A program made the position numbers and the translations under genes. Shown here piece by piece: positions 24,965-36,800 of a stretch of 53,009 nt of DNA. The notes under the pieces are model-generated. The model saw nothing but the letters and a program-made list of their open reading frames with translations. It ran no database searches and was not told the DNA's origin. Each line of letters begins with the position of its first letter. The first letter of the stretch is position 1. The DNA comes from Macrostomum lignano. Taxonomy: Eukaryota. Where the stretch lies: the NCBI GenBank assembly GCA_002269645.1, contig NIVC01003475.1, positions 43,110-96,118 on the forward strand, given 5' to 3'.

Positions 24965-25572
24965 CACTCAGCAACAGTCGAAACTGCCACCCTACCAAGA
25001 GGCGACTTCTCTCTCACCTCAACTGCAAGTGACGTAACTTGCACCACGGCGTGGCTAAAGCTGGGTATGAGTGAATTCCAGGGTGAGAGTAGAAAAGGGA
25101 CTGGGGTTGGGGTTGGGGATGAAACAGTACATGTGACAATGGTCAGGCATATGACAGACGCTGAACGATGGCGCGCTGTTGGCATGCTAGAAGCTGGTGC
25201 ATCCATCAGCGCAGTTGCTCACCGATTTGGCCGATCACGTTCAACAATTCGAGCGCTGTTAACTAAGTCCCAAGATACTGGTAGTGTTCAGCATGCAGCC
25301 ATAGGCAGCCAGCGCCATAATCTCTGCAGCTCAATAGCCAGGGCAAATTGACGTCTACTGCGGATTGTCAGGCGAACTCTAACTGCGCCAGCCACCCTGC
25401 TCTGTCTAATGTGGGGTGAAAGAAGCAGATGGGGCATCCCCTGATTGCCCTCTCCTGCATTCACTCTCACCCAGCTTTAGCCACACTGTGGCGCAAGTTA
25501 CGTCACTTGCAGTTGAGGTGAGAGAGAAGTCACCTCTCTCGGTAGGGTGGCAGTTTTGACTGTTGCTGAGTG
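24965..25572 (+). mobile_element. Internally deleted Tc1/mariner element with transposase N-terminal HTH remnant
   Basis: About 115-bp terminal inverted repeats starting CACTCAGCAACAGTC; TA target duplication at 24963-64 and 25573-74; ATG at 25139 gives MVRHMTDAERWRAVGMLEAGASISAVAHRFGRSRSTIRALL..TGSV. Confidence 0.9.
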
Positions 25573-27220
25573 TATAACTATAATATAGATTACTGATGTT
25601 CATTATGGAACCGACCCAAGCAACCACCTAAAACACAAGATGCTACCTACGACCGCTGATGAGTAATAACAATTTTACAACTAAATTTTGTGCTATATTC
25701 CAGTTTTCTGAATCTGTTCTCAATTCTATATAGCTGAAATGAATTCTTTTAATATTTTAATTGTTGATCAATGTCGGTTACTGTAGGGGAAGAAATACTT
25801 TACGTGAATCTTTGTTTGGCTAGTCAAACGTTAGTCAGGCAAAACTGCAGGCTCTTCAGTGGATGTTCATTTTTTCTTTGGAACCTTTGGCAGGACAGAT
25901 CGAGCGCCGAACTCTGGCTATCTCTTTTGCCGAGCCATTTTGTCAGCAACTTTCTTCAGTGCTCGCTTGACCACAGCATGCTCAATCTCCTTTCGCTGAG
26001 CTTCAAAACCGGAGGCTTGCACAGCCTCACGCTATATTGATGACATTCATGACATTTAAATTGAGCACAAAATGAAACACAGTACTTGAAAAAAAGTTGA
26101 AAAGGACTGGTGTCCACAAAAAATTGCAGGAAATGAGCAAAATAGACGAAATTATTGCTGAGCAATAAAAAATCGGAGTGGTGGCAACACTGGTCTCTAC
26201 CCTACAGAATCCACCTCTCAACAAATTTCTAGTTGCACTATTGCTGCTGTGCCAGACTGCACTAGCTCACCAGATTGTACCTACATTATAAAGGGCCAAT
26301 CTATGCCAGATGCTATCTACAATAATGGCCATTAGCTGCAATAGGGTCCATTCTATTATCCATTGAAGCTGTTGGCATTTGCATTGGTTGTTTTATTTAA
26401 AAGTGCTAAGAATTTATTGTTTAAGTAAAATTTGAAGTTTTAAGTAAGATGTTTCTAAGAAAAATACATATAGTAAAAGGAAATTGTTTTATTGCTACGA
26501 TAAACTATATATATATATGAAATATTAATGTTATCTAAATTCTGCTTTCAGCTCTTCATTTCTAAAATCTATTGCATGCCTACCTACCTACCCATGTCTC
26601 ACAAACAACTCATTTTTAGCAACCCAAAATTTTTGGTTGGCTGTGTGAGTTAGTTTTAACAAAAAATGTGATATAGTTTTTGGCCAAAAATGCAACTTAC
26701 CTATAGAAGAAACTAAAGCAAAATTAATGCAATTTTGGATAAATGGCAGGAGTAGGGCTTAACTCTTACTGCCCTATTAAGGCTAAATGCAACTTACCTT
26801 GGTTGGCTACTAAGTTGGTTGGCCAGATCGGCCAACTTGGCTGACTGTTACACATGTATGCTTGGGTGCTATTGCAGCATAGTTAAGCTAGGCATCTAGT
26901 ATACCTAAGCCATGCGCTATAATAATAATAGGGACTATAATTACTATATGAAGAAGTAATTTTTTGGCCCAAATAAACTAAACCATCTTCAGTGTTTTAT
27001 GCTTTTTTAGCCACTTGCTTTAGGCCTACTATAAAAATAACCCTAACATTAAAAAATATATAGTTATATTAATAAGGCTTGAAATAAGTGGTTTATTTTA
27101 ACAACTTGAAAGAAAAATTATCTTTCACAGGAATGGCACAAAGACAGTTGCTTAAAAAGGGGAACTGGGAAATTTACAATGGATTTCAAATACTAGTGCC
27201 ATGACCCTCCAATAGTAAAA

Positions 27221-27225
<5 letters not shown>

Positions 27226-27251
<26 letters not shown>
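27226..27251. repeat. (TA)n microsatellite
   Basis: Perfect TA run. Confidence 0.9.
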
Positions 27252-27254
<3 letters not shown>

Positions 27255-30232
27255 CAATCTTGCTAATTTACACAGACCGGCCATATGACTAACTTTTTGA
27301 CCAAAAATGCAACTTACTTATAAAAGAAATGCTATAAATGCCTTGTTATCTCATTAGTACTATACTACATCTGTATTCTTTCAGGTGTTCATTTTTGCAA
27401 CTTATGGCCAGATGGCCACAAAAGCCAAATAAGATTAAAAATGATTTAATGTTAAAATGACTAATCTAAATATCAAGACTAGGCCTAGCCTTAAATGGCT
27501 TAGTTTAAAAAGGCTTTATGTGTTCACCTATAAAAATATTTTTATTGTTTAGAATTGTATTGCAATAGGCCCAAGGCCCTTAATGCATATTGATTTAAAC
27601 TTGATTATTCCACTATTTTTAACTTATTTACAATAATACTTTTTAGACCTAGGTTTCTTTAGCCTTAAAAGGGTTAAGTAGTATAGTTAGAGCCTATGTA
27701 TATAATAGCATTTAATGGCATTATGCATAGGCCCCATGCCTATAGCAAGGGCCAAAGTCCAGGGCCTGACAAAATAACTTTTAGGTCTACCCAAAATGAA
27801 TCACCATGAAAAAAGTTTTGTTTAGTTTAAACTACAGTCTTCAGCTTATGCTGCTTATATACTACTTGAAAAGCGCTAGGAACCGATTATATCAATAAAA
27901 AATAACAACGTTATTTGTACAAAATGAATTTAACAGCAGTCTGACTTTGGTCTAATCTATATAAGCCTAGGCCTAACTAATAGTCTAATAATATAGCTAA
28001 TAATATAGAATTTGAATGTTATCGCCATATGGCATTCTGCCTAAAATTGTTATTTGTAATTCTTGACAATAACAATTTATCACAATGCAAGCTTGTCCAG
28101 GGTGAAATGATGAATTTGCAAGTAAAAATATAAATATATAATTTCGTTAATTAAGTTAATTTGTGTTTGAATTGAGGTGGGGTGGAGAAGAGAAAACAAA
28201 AATTTGAATATTAGAGGTCGGCCGGTAATTCTTCGAAACCGATAGCGTTGCGTTCGCACGAATAAAACCGGAAAATCGCGCAGACGAATCACAACGAAAT
28301 ATTCTTCTCCTTTACTCAGACTGCCGGGTTCTCAAGTCCGGGGGGAGGGTAGTTGTAATCGTAGCGGAGCGGTCGTAGAGCGGCACGGTCGTTCAGTGGT
28401 AGGAACTCCGGAGTTTCTGCCTCCGTAAATTAATGCGTCGAAGTGTTGAACTCGTTACTTTTGGTAGGGTAGTTGCTACCACCACCGTAATTTACGTATT
28501 ACGAAACGTTTAATGGACTCAGAGCTTTCTTTGAGATGAGGCTGATTGGTTATTTTACGCCCCACGGGCAAAGGATTCAAGATAGGCTATGGCTTGTATT
28601 AACTGGATGAGTATTAACGGATTAATTGACTGTCTGTTTATTATTAACGCAAAGAAAGTTACTAAATCAAGCAGGTTATTATTGTTAAGAAAATTAAGCT
28701 ACAGACAGAAATGAGTTCGTGGGCGCCGGTGCGCTAATAAACTAAGGATGAATTAAACTGTAACTGAAACACACGAAAACACAAGCGCGAGCGGAAACTA
28801 AAACGGAGAAAACAAACGGGGGAAGGAGGGAAAAAAGGGGGGAGGGTTGAAGAAATTCAACCGAAAACACACTTATTTATACAAAGAAAATTATAAAATT
28901 CCCAGGTGTGGGGCCAGGACTTATCAACACCTGGGTCCTGGGCCACACACGGGTTCATACTCAGGTTATAAAACAAAAGCCGCAAAAATACACACAAAAT
29001 TATTAAAACTCAACCGGTGAAAATTTATATTGACCAACTAAGGAAAAAACTATAACAACCAATGGTCCAAACACGGGGCCAACCGGGGGGGAAAAGGGTG
29101 AGGTCGCACCGTCTGCCGTTGGCCGCAAGGGTTGGAAACTTACAAAAAGATGGCACGCAATTAAAAAATAGAAAAATTTTAAAATATTATTAAATGGTGG
29201 CAACCCCACTGCCACAGAATATTGGTATTTTTCCTGGAAATACACGGTAAATCAAAACAGTAGGCCATGTATGCAAAGCCAAACTAGCAGACCTATGAAA
29301 TGCATTTATACAATTTTTATGTGAGGACCTCTTTACTATGCGTTGTTAAATACAACAATACGAGATCTCATGTCTATCTAAAAATTCGTGCAAGACTGTG
29401 TCGTACATGTAACAACTACAGATGTCTTCACAGTTAAAGGAATGCAGAACAATTTTTCCTCTCGATATTTTTCCCCTGTATACCCCTTTTCCTGTGCCAC
29501 ACTTTTACTTGATTATTAGTGTAGTATTATCTGTGTAGTACTGTGTAGTGTCATGTCGGTACATACAGTATTCGATATCTGTGTAGTACTAATAAAGTAA
29601 AAGTGATACACAGGAACATGAAATTCTTTAATTTGATTTCCTAGATCGCACCTATAATTCGTTCCATATTCGTTCCATAGTGCACGCAAGACCTCGTGAC
29701 TCGTTCTATTTTTAGAACTGACGTCACTTGAGGTCTCCGGCCAGAGTACACGCGGCTGTGACTCAGTTGCTATTTTTAGCAACATGAGTCACTCCTCTCC
29801 TTAGAGAAGGGAGGGGTCCGAAAGCACGTGACTGGCTCGTGACATGTTTACTGCACTTTAAGACTCCAAGAAAGCAAGGCCTGTCATGTGACTGGCTCAC
29901 ATGACAGGGAAACAGAGACTGACGAAACAAGGACAGCCCACAGCAGAGAAGCTGAGGGCTGAGAAACGAAGGGCAACACGGGCAGAAGGGAGGGAAGGGA
30001 GCAGCAACAGACAGCCAAAAGAGGGAGGTGGGAAGCTGACCAGCGGCAGACAGCAACCCAGGGCGAGGGCGAGGGCAAGGGCAACTGCTGACAAAGTGGG
30101 ACGCCTAACACCAACTAGCGGATCACTACAATTCAAAGAAGCTCCGCACCCCAGGAGGCCATGAATGGTGTCCACTGAAGTCGGAGATGCATGTAAAATA
30201 TGCAGACGAATTACTGTACATGTACATGCATG

Positions 30233-30468
30233 GATGGGCGTCGCCATGGATTTTATGGTGGAGGGGGACAAAGCCAAAAATACTGCATGTACTGTACATG
30301 TACAAACTATTTTCAGAATCGGTGTTGTCAGCACTCATTTTAGCGCCACAGTCACTTATTTTAGCGCCGCAAGCACTCATTTTGGCGCCGCAGGTACTAT
30401 ATTTTGTCACCCCTGAAGCAAAATTATAGATTTCCATAACGGGTCACAAGGTTGGGTGGGGCCGGGGA
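30233..30468. mobile_element. Truncated second copy of the same MITE, opposite orientation, about 3 internal units
   Basis: GGCGTCGCCATGGATTTTATGGTG..GGGACAAAGCCAA and GCACTCATTTTGGCGCCGCAG match the reverse complement of 43878-44446; the far TIR is missing. Confidence 0.7.
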
Positions 30469-31491
30469 CAATTTTCTCTCCGATCGCAATTCTCCAAGTT
30501 ACGCAACTGGCATCCATCGCGGGGAACGGCATTGATCAATTGCACATGCATAGTTTTGAATATTACGCGCTCGTAGTTGAATAATTGAATAATACCGTTC
30601 CCCGTGCGGGATGCCAGTAAGCGTAACGTACAGGATGCGATGGGAGCTCAGAAATGGCACATTAGATCAGGGTGTAGTTATATCATTTTTTGTGTTCGTT
30701 AGGTTGAACACCGAGAATGAACTACATGTAGTAGTTCTGCGGTCACGCACGCGCTCTTTGCGCTTTTATTGCTCCAAGGAGCCGCTGTGAAATGTACGTG
30801 TGTAATACATGAAATTGTATGTGTATATAGTTGGTCCCATTCAGTCAGAGCCTAAGGTGAGCCACGTCGTCACCCTTTCGTCAGCTCGTGTATCTATGCT
30901 TGACCTTGCACACCAATTTGTGCCTTTGATCGTATAATCTATATAGGAGCCATTGATACATGTACACCCATTTTTATGACTGTACTTGACGGTGTGAACA
31001 AGTCCTATACCCAAAATGAGTTCTCTGTCTGCCCTTCCCTTTCTTGTGATTGGATGGCGTATTTAGAAATTATATTCTGTCTGCAGCTCCCCCATGCCCT
31101 CTCCAACTCTCCGATTGGATAATCTACAACAAAAAACTCAGTGAGCAATGCACTACGAGCGTCATATTCAAGAGTACATTCTCATGAGCCTGCATCTGTC
31201 TTGATTTATAAAGATTGCGAGCTAAAAAACACAAACTGCGCGTAGCTATACGAGCGCAACAAGCAGGTTACCAACTCCCTTATAAATCCGTCCGACTATA
31301 TCTTCTAGCTCGTATTATTCGTACATGTGAGCCATTTTTACTTGTTTTTTAATTTTGTTTCTATACTACTATTTTATAGCTAGTACACCCGCGTATACTC
31401 ACATTAGGTTAACATCAAAATTAAACCATATATAAACCAACCTTGGAATTAAAGCAAATTCAAAATCACAAATGGTCCAATCTATAACATC

Positions 31492-32000
31492 TAGTCAGCA
31501 ACAGTCAAAATTTCCACCCTTCCACAAAAGCAGCGGTAAAAAACAGCTTCAGCTGCAGCGCACTCTGCGCTGGCCTTCCCGGTCCCCAGACATGAATCCC
31601 ATCGAGCATGCCTGGGACTTACTAAAACGCAGCATTCGAAAAGAGAATCCACCACAGAATGTTGCGGAGCTGCGTCATGCCATTGAAAACGCTTGGCAGC
31701 AGCTTCTCCAGGACTTTCTGCGCCGCCTCATCCTGAGGATGCCCCACAGAGTTGCCGCACTTCTGCCTGCGAGGGGATCCCACACGCGTTATTATAAGCA
31801 TCGCGATTATAATTGCATATTGCATAAAAATGTTATGATTTTGTGCGACTGACGTTTATTATTGATTCAATCAACTTTCCCTTCCTCGCAGCGGCTTAGT
31901 TGCGTAACTTGAGGGCTGAATTGGGAGTGAGGAGTTGTCGCAATAGGTGAGAAAATTTTCATCTTGCTTGGAGGGTGGAGCTTTTGACTGTTGCTGAGTA
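31492..32000 (+). mobile_element. Internally deleted Tc1-like element with transposase C-terminal remnant
   Basis: WPSRSPDMNPIEHAW..GSHTRY is the Tc1 C-terminal signature; ends TAGTCAGCAACAGTCAAAA and TTTTGACTGTTGCTGAGTA followed by TA. Confidence 0.88.
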
Positions 32001-33159
32001 TAAACAGACTTTGTTTTAATCCATGTGACCCACCCGGGAAAAATTCTGGAGCCACGTGGCCATGTGTACACCACTAAGAACAACCATTTATATTTTTAAT
32101 ACAAGAATGAACTTTATATAAGTCAGACTAAAGGACTAAAATGCGTGTGAATTTCAATAAATTATGCATTCTCTTTTCAAGTATTTTAAATTGTATTCAT
32201 TTCGAACTAAATATTAAAACCAACTAAAACTAGTGAACTTTTTATTGAATAAGCTAGCACGAAACGTTATCAAAGCAGAAAGTTTTCAATTAAAATAGAT
32301 ACTTGACAGAATTAAAGATAATATTTTTTACAATTAAAATTTGCTTCTAATTTCCTGTAAGATATGTATATAAGGTTTTATTATAAAAGTCTATTTTTAT
32401 TGAATTTTCTATGAAGAAAGCGAGTAATTTCTCTGCTTCTTCAACATTTCAACATAGTTTGTCTTCCATTGAAAATAAAAATTGTAGTAATCATCCTAAT
32501 ATGCTATTGGAGTAAGCCATCACGTCATTTCATGCTAAGATCACGGCCATAGCACGAAAATAAAAATGTTTATTTAATTTTTTGACGCACCCAGAAAAAC
32601 AAAGTGAGCTGCATAACGACTTTATTCTACTCTTATTTAGGCCAAAACGCATAAGAAATATTTTTCAAACAATTTTTGTAATGTTTCTTTCGTTTAGTTG
32701 CACTTTTGTTTTTGTTCGATACGCGAAAATATATGTAGTTCAATATTTAAGCATGAATACTTATAAAAAATGATACGAGTCGCTAAGCTCTCATTTTATC
32801 CACGAATGCGAAATATATTTTATTAATTTGAAAAAAACATTTCGGTAAGTAGCTCGTACCATGCATTGCAGCAAATATAATATAATATATATAATATAAA
32901 TATAATATAATTATAAAAAAGCTGATTCTTTTACATGTATACAGTGATTAAAAAATATACGTGTTATAGAACTGTAAATTAAACTGGTAAAAAATCATCT
33001 GAAGCTGCTAGTTTACTACACAAATTTTAAAGCATTATCGCCTAGCCATGATTCTTCAAACTTAAGTAATCAGTAAATAATAGTTTATAAAAAAATTAAC
33101 AATTTTCCTAGAAAAGAGACCAACGATCGCCAAAAAACAGCGCGTAATCCAGCAGGACC

Positions 33160-33850
33160 ATGTCCAACTGCAGCAGCGGAACTTTTCTCTGTCAGAATGC
33201 CAGCTCCCTCATCCTGCCGCTGCTGGACGAGTCCACCTGGCGAAATGAGGTGCGCGCAGCACTCTACCTAGTTGGCCTATTCTGGTCATTCATGGGCGTC
33301 TCTATCGTTGCCGATGTCTTCATGACCTCGATCGAACGAATCACCAGTGCTACAAGGAAAATGACCTTTTTTAACTCGGACACCGGCGTGGACGAGCAGG
33401 TGGACGTTAAGATCTGGAATGACACCGTGGCCAACCTATCCCTGATGGCGCTGGGCTCAAGTGCACCGGAGATCCTGCTCTCCATCATTGAGATCATCGG
33501 CAACGGCTTCAAGGCGGGCGAACTCGGGCCAGGAACCATCGTCGGTAGCGCAGCTTTCAACCTGTTGATCATCACCGCCGTGTGCATCTGCTCTGTCGAC
33601 GATGAAGGCAAGCGGATCAAACAGTTCATGGTGTTCTGTGTGACGGCCACCTTCTCCGAGTTTGCCTACATCTGGCTGGTCATTATTCTTGTGTGCAGCT
33701 CACCGGACTTCATCGACCTCTGGGAGGGCGTGGTCACTTTTCTGCTATTCTTCATCCTGGTGGTGGCAGCCTACATCATGGACAAGGGCTTCTGCTTCAA
33801 GAAAGCGGAAACTGAGGCTGATAAGGAGGCCAATAAAGGCCTGATTGTCC
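33160..33850 (+). CDS. ncx: NCX exon 1: TM1-5 with alpha-1 repeat
   Basis: IWNDTVANLSLMALGSSAPEILLS; donor gtgagt at 33851; upstream acceptor ttcctag at about 33111 implies an earlier non-coding exon or trans-splicing. Confidence 0.95.
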
Positions 33851-36800
33851 GTGAGTTCCTTTATCCACACGTTTCAAAAGCTTATGCGCACTTTTTGAAG
33901 AATCTTATAGAATCCAAGGTAGTAGCGGCTCCCCATTCATGACGGATCAAGGGGTAGCGACTCCCCATTCAATGACGGATCAACGGTTAGCGACTCCCCA
34001 TTCAATGACGGATCAAGGGGTAGCGACCCCCCATTTAAGGACCGATCAAGGGGTAGCGGCTCCCTATTCAATGACCGATCAAAGGGTAGCGACTCCCCAT
34101 TCAATGCCGGATCAAGGGGTAGCGACTCCCCATTCAATGACCGATCAAGGGGTAGCGACTCCCCATTCAGTGACCGGAGGGTTAGCTGGATAGAAGAAAA
34201 GCAACGGTCAATATTGCGTACACTCGGACTTCTACAGTACGAGGAATTAGTTAAGATACCTCCAACTTGCGTGCACACGAGACCCATGCCACCCAAGATG
34301 CATGACCCAAAGCACTTTGAATTCCAATTCAAATGTTTTCAGCGCAAGCTATTAAAAAGTTCCAAAGCTGATATGCAGCTACAATGGTAAAAAAAAACAG
34401 CATATCCTTATAGAAGCCATTGATTCAGACTAACGCACTAAATTTCTACTACTTCGCCGCCCTCTAGAAACAGTGGTGATGGAACAATGTTGCTTCGAAA
34501 AGATTACCTGGAGATTACCCTCACCAGGAAATGTTCCTTACCTTCTTCTGCATTTCTAGCCCAAACCTCCGCTAGATTTATCAACATGGCTGGCCCAATC
34601 TGCTTCCGCAGCAGCAGTTGCTGTGTTCTCCTCCCGGTTGCACTTTTGAATGCCTACGCAGCGCAAATCTCGCCAGACACCCCGTTGTCGGTGTGTTTGG
34701 AAAGAGGAGAAAGGAACTGTAGGTATGTAGGTAGCAGCAAAAGTTGATGCCCGAAGCCCTGGAACAAGGAAGGATGCGGCTGGCTGCTGAAATGTTTAAA
34801 GAAGCTTCCATGCTACTATCTAAGTCACCGGCTCCGACAATAAAGCGGAATAAGTCGATACGATACGCAAGTAAAACAAACTAAATAATTTATTATTTAG
34901 CATCAAGGATCCAGACTACTCTTCGCTGAATAACTTCACCACCAGGTTTTTCAACGAGATATTTAAAAAAATTACCATTCCATGTTTGGAGGACAGATTT
35001 AAAAGCAATTAAGCCGATCGGAAACGATTGGAGATCAGCAAGGAGTCGGATGCTTCCGAATCAGTGCAGACACAAATTAAATGCCACGCATTTACAGTAC
35101 CAAACAGGCTGTGGCTACCCCCCCCCCCCCAACAGAGTTGCGGGATTCTGCTGCCACATCCCCTCCCTTCCCAAATAGGACGGTCGAGTTTTCGGCTATC
35201 GATTGGTCAAAAACAGGCTAGGGGGTGAAGTCCCCCCCCCCGACCAGTCCCTGTTGCCAGCCGCACAGACCCCTGTCTCTAAAGGTTATCTAGACGCAAA
35301 AAGTGGGCACTGACGATGGGGTTGGTGTATGGACCGGACCGCAAGGAGAAAAAGTTCCCAAACTGCAGGATCGGGGGATTCCTCTTATGGCTACAGAAAT
35401 AATTAGTTTTCGTTAACTTCACTTTAGTGAGCAATTTGGGCAGCAACAGGACTGCGCAGATGCCCTTATTGATATGACCTTCCAGCTCAATTATGGAATA
35501 TAACTTCTTACCTATTAGCTACAGCTAAATGATTCATTTTTAGCGCAAACTGCGAACTGCAATTTGCATTCTTACCATAATTGGTCACCTTGTTTGCACC
35601 AAAATAAAAGCTCGGAGATGCACTCACACGCGAGTGCCTTAAGGCTTAGTTTCGAATAACGACTACTACAGAGAATTGCGGCGTCGTTTGTTAGTTTTCA
35701 GAGAAGTTTGGGCACAGTTGCATAGCAGGGCGACAGTTGAGGAAGCAACTACGGTAGTTATGGTTATGCCGGTTCCTCTGCATATTTTTACTGGAAACCT
35801 TTTCCTACATCAAACACGATCGGGGACAGTTGAAGAGATACTCAGGCATGCGGAAGCCTCTCTGTGATGTCACAAAAAGGCATTTTGCACAAAGGCCCCA
35901 AAAGCAGGGACCAGTTAGATAGTGGATATTTCTAATACGTCGCTCAAAAGTGAACAGCCTCTGACAGTGCATTTTGCGACTGTCAGATGGGAACATAACC
36001 GCCCGGATCTGATTGAGAAGAAGGGGTTTCGGGTTACTCGTGCGTGCTGGAATGAAAATTAAGTCTTTTATAGGTAATATGCATCCAACAAGAAATAAGG
36101 CACAAATAAGCTAAATTTCTTTTAGCGTAATATACACACGATTTTGACTACACATGGCGTGACGCAATGGGTGTGGCTTGGCTCGGAACGAAAGGTTCGT
36201 TCCTAGCGGCTTCGTGAACATGTGAAATCCCTCCCCAGAGCACAATAAGCCCTTCCCAAACTTGCGATCAACTGCAAGTGCAGGATACTGATGGTATTTC
36301 AAATTTAGTAACGGACAATAATGTTATTAGAAAGTGCAACCCAACCTTCATCCCTCAGACGACGCGCACCACATCAACGAAGAGAAGCTACGAGAGTTCA
36401 TCAAGCAGATCGGCAAAGATCCCAACCTGACCGAGGAGGAGGTCCGTCGGCTGGCCTTGAAGAAGTTCAGCGAAGGCATGCCGCACTCGAGGGCCTGGTA
36501 CCGCATCAACGCCACTAGGCAGATGATGGGCGGCCACAAACTGCAGGTGCAGCTGCCGGAGAAGCTGCAGGGCAAACTGGCCGAGATTGAGGGCGCCGGC
36601 GACGGAGCCTCGTCTGATCCGCACCTGAAGGCCAAGCAGGACGCCCTGACGGAGAACGGCCGGCTATCCGTGGTTGAGTTCACCTCAACCAGCGTTGCCG
36701 TGCTGGAACGGGACCAGCGAGCCCGACTGACCATCCGTCGCTATGGCAACGTCAAGCAACGCGTGGTAGTCAAAGCCGAAACGGTGGACGGAACGGCTAC

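Noticed and set aside
25640-25745. Hammerhead ribozyme core (CTGATGAG at about 25657)
   Set aside because: No flanking helices or correctly placed GAAA are visible.
34380-36300. Possible transposon or nested-gene remnants in NCX intron 1
   Set aside because: Only short interrupted ORFs; no RT, integrase or transposase motif recognised.
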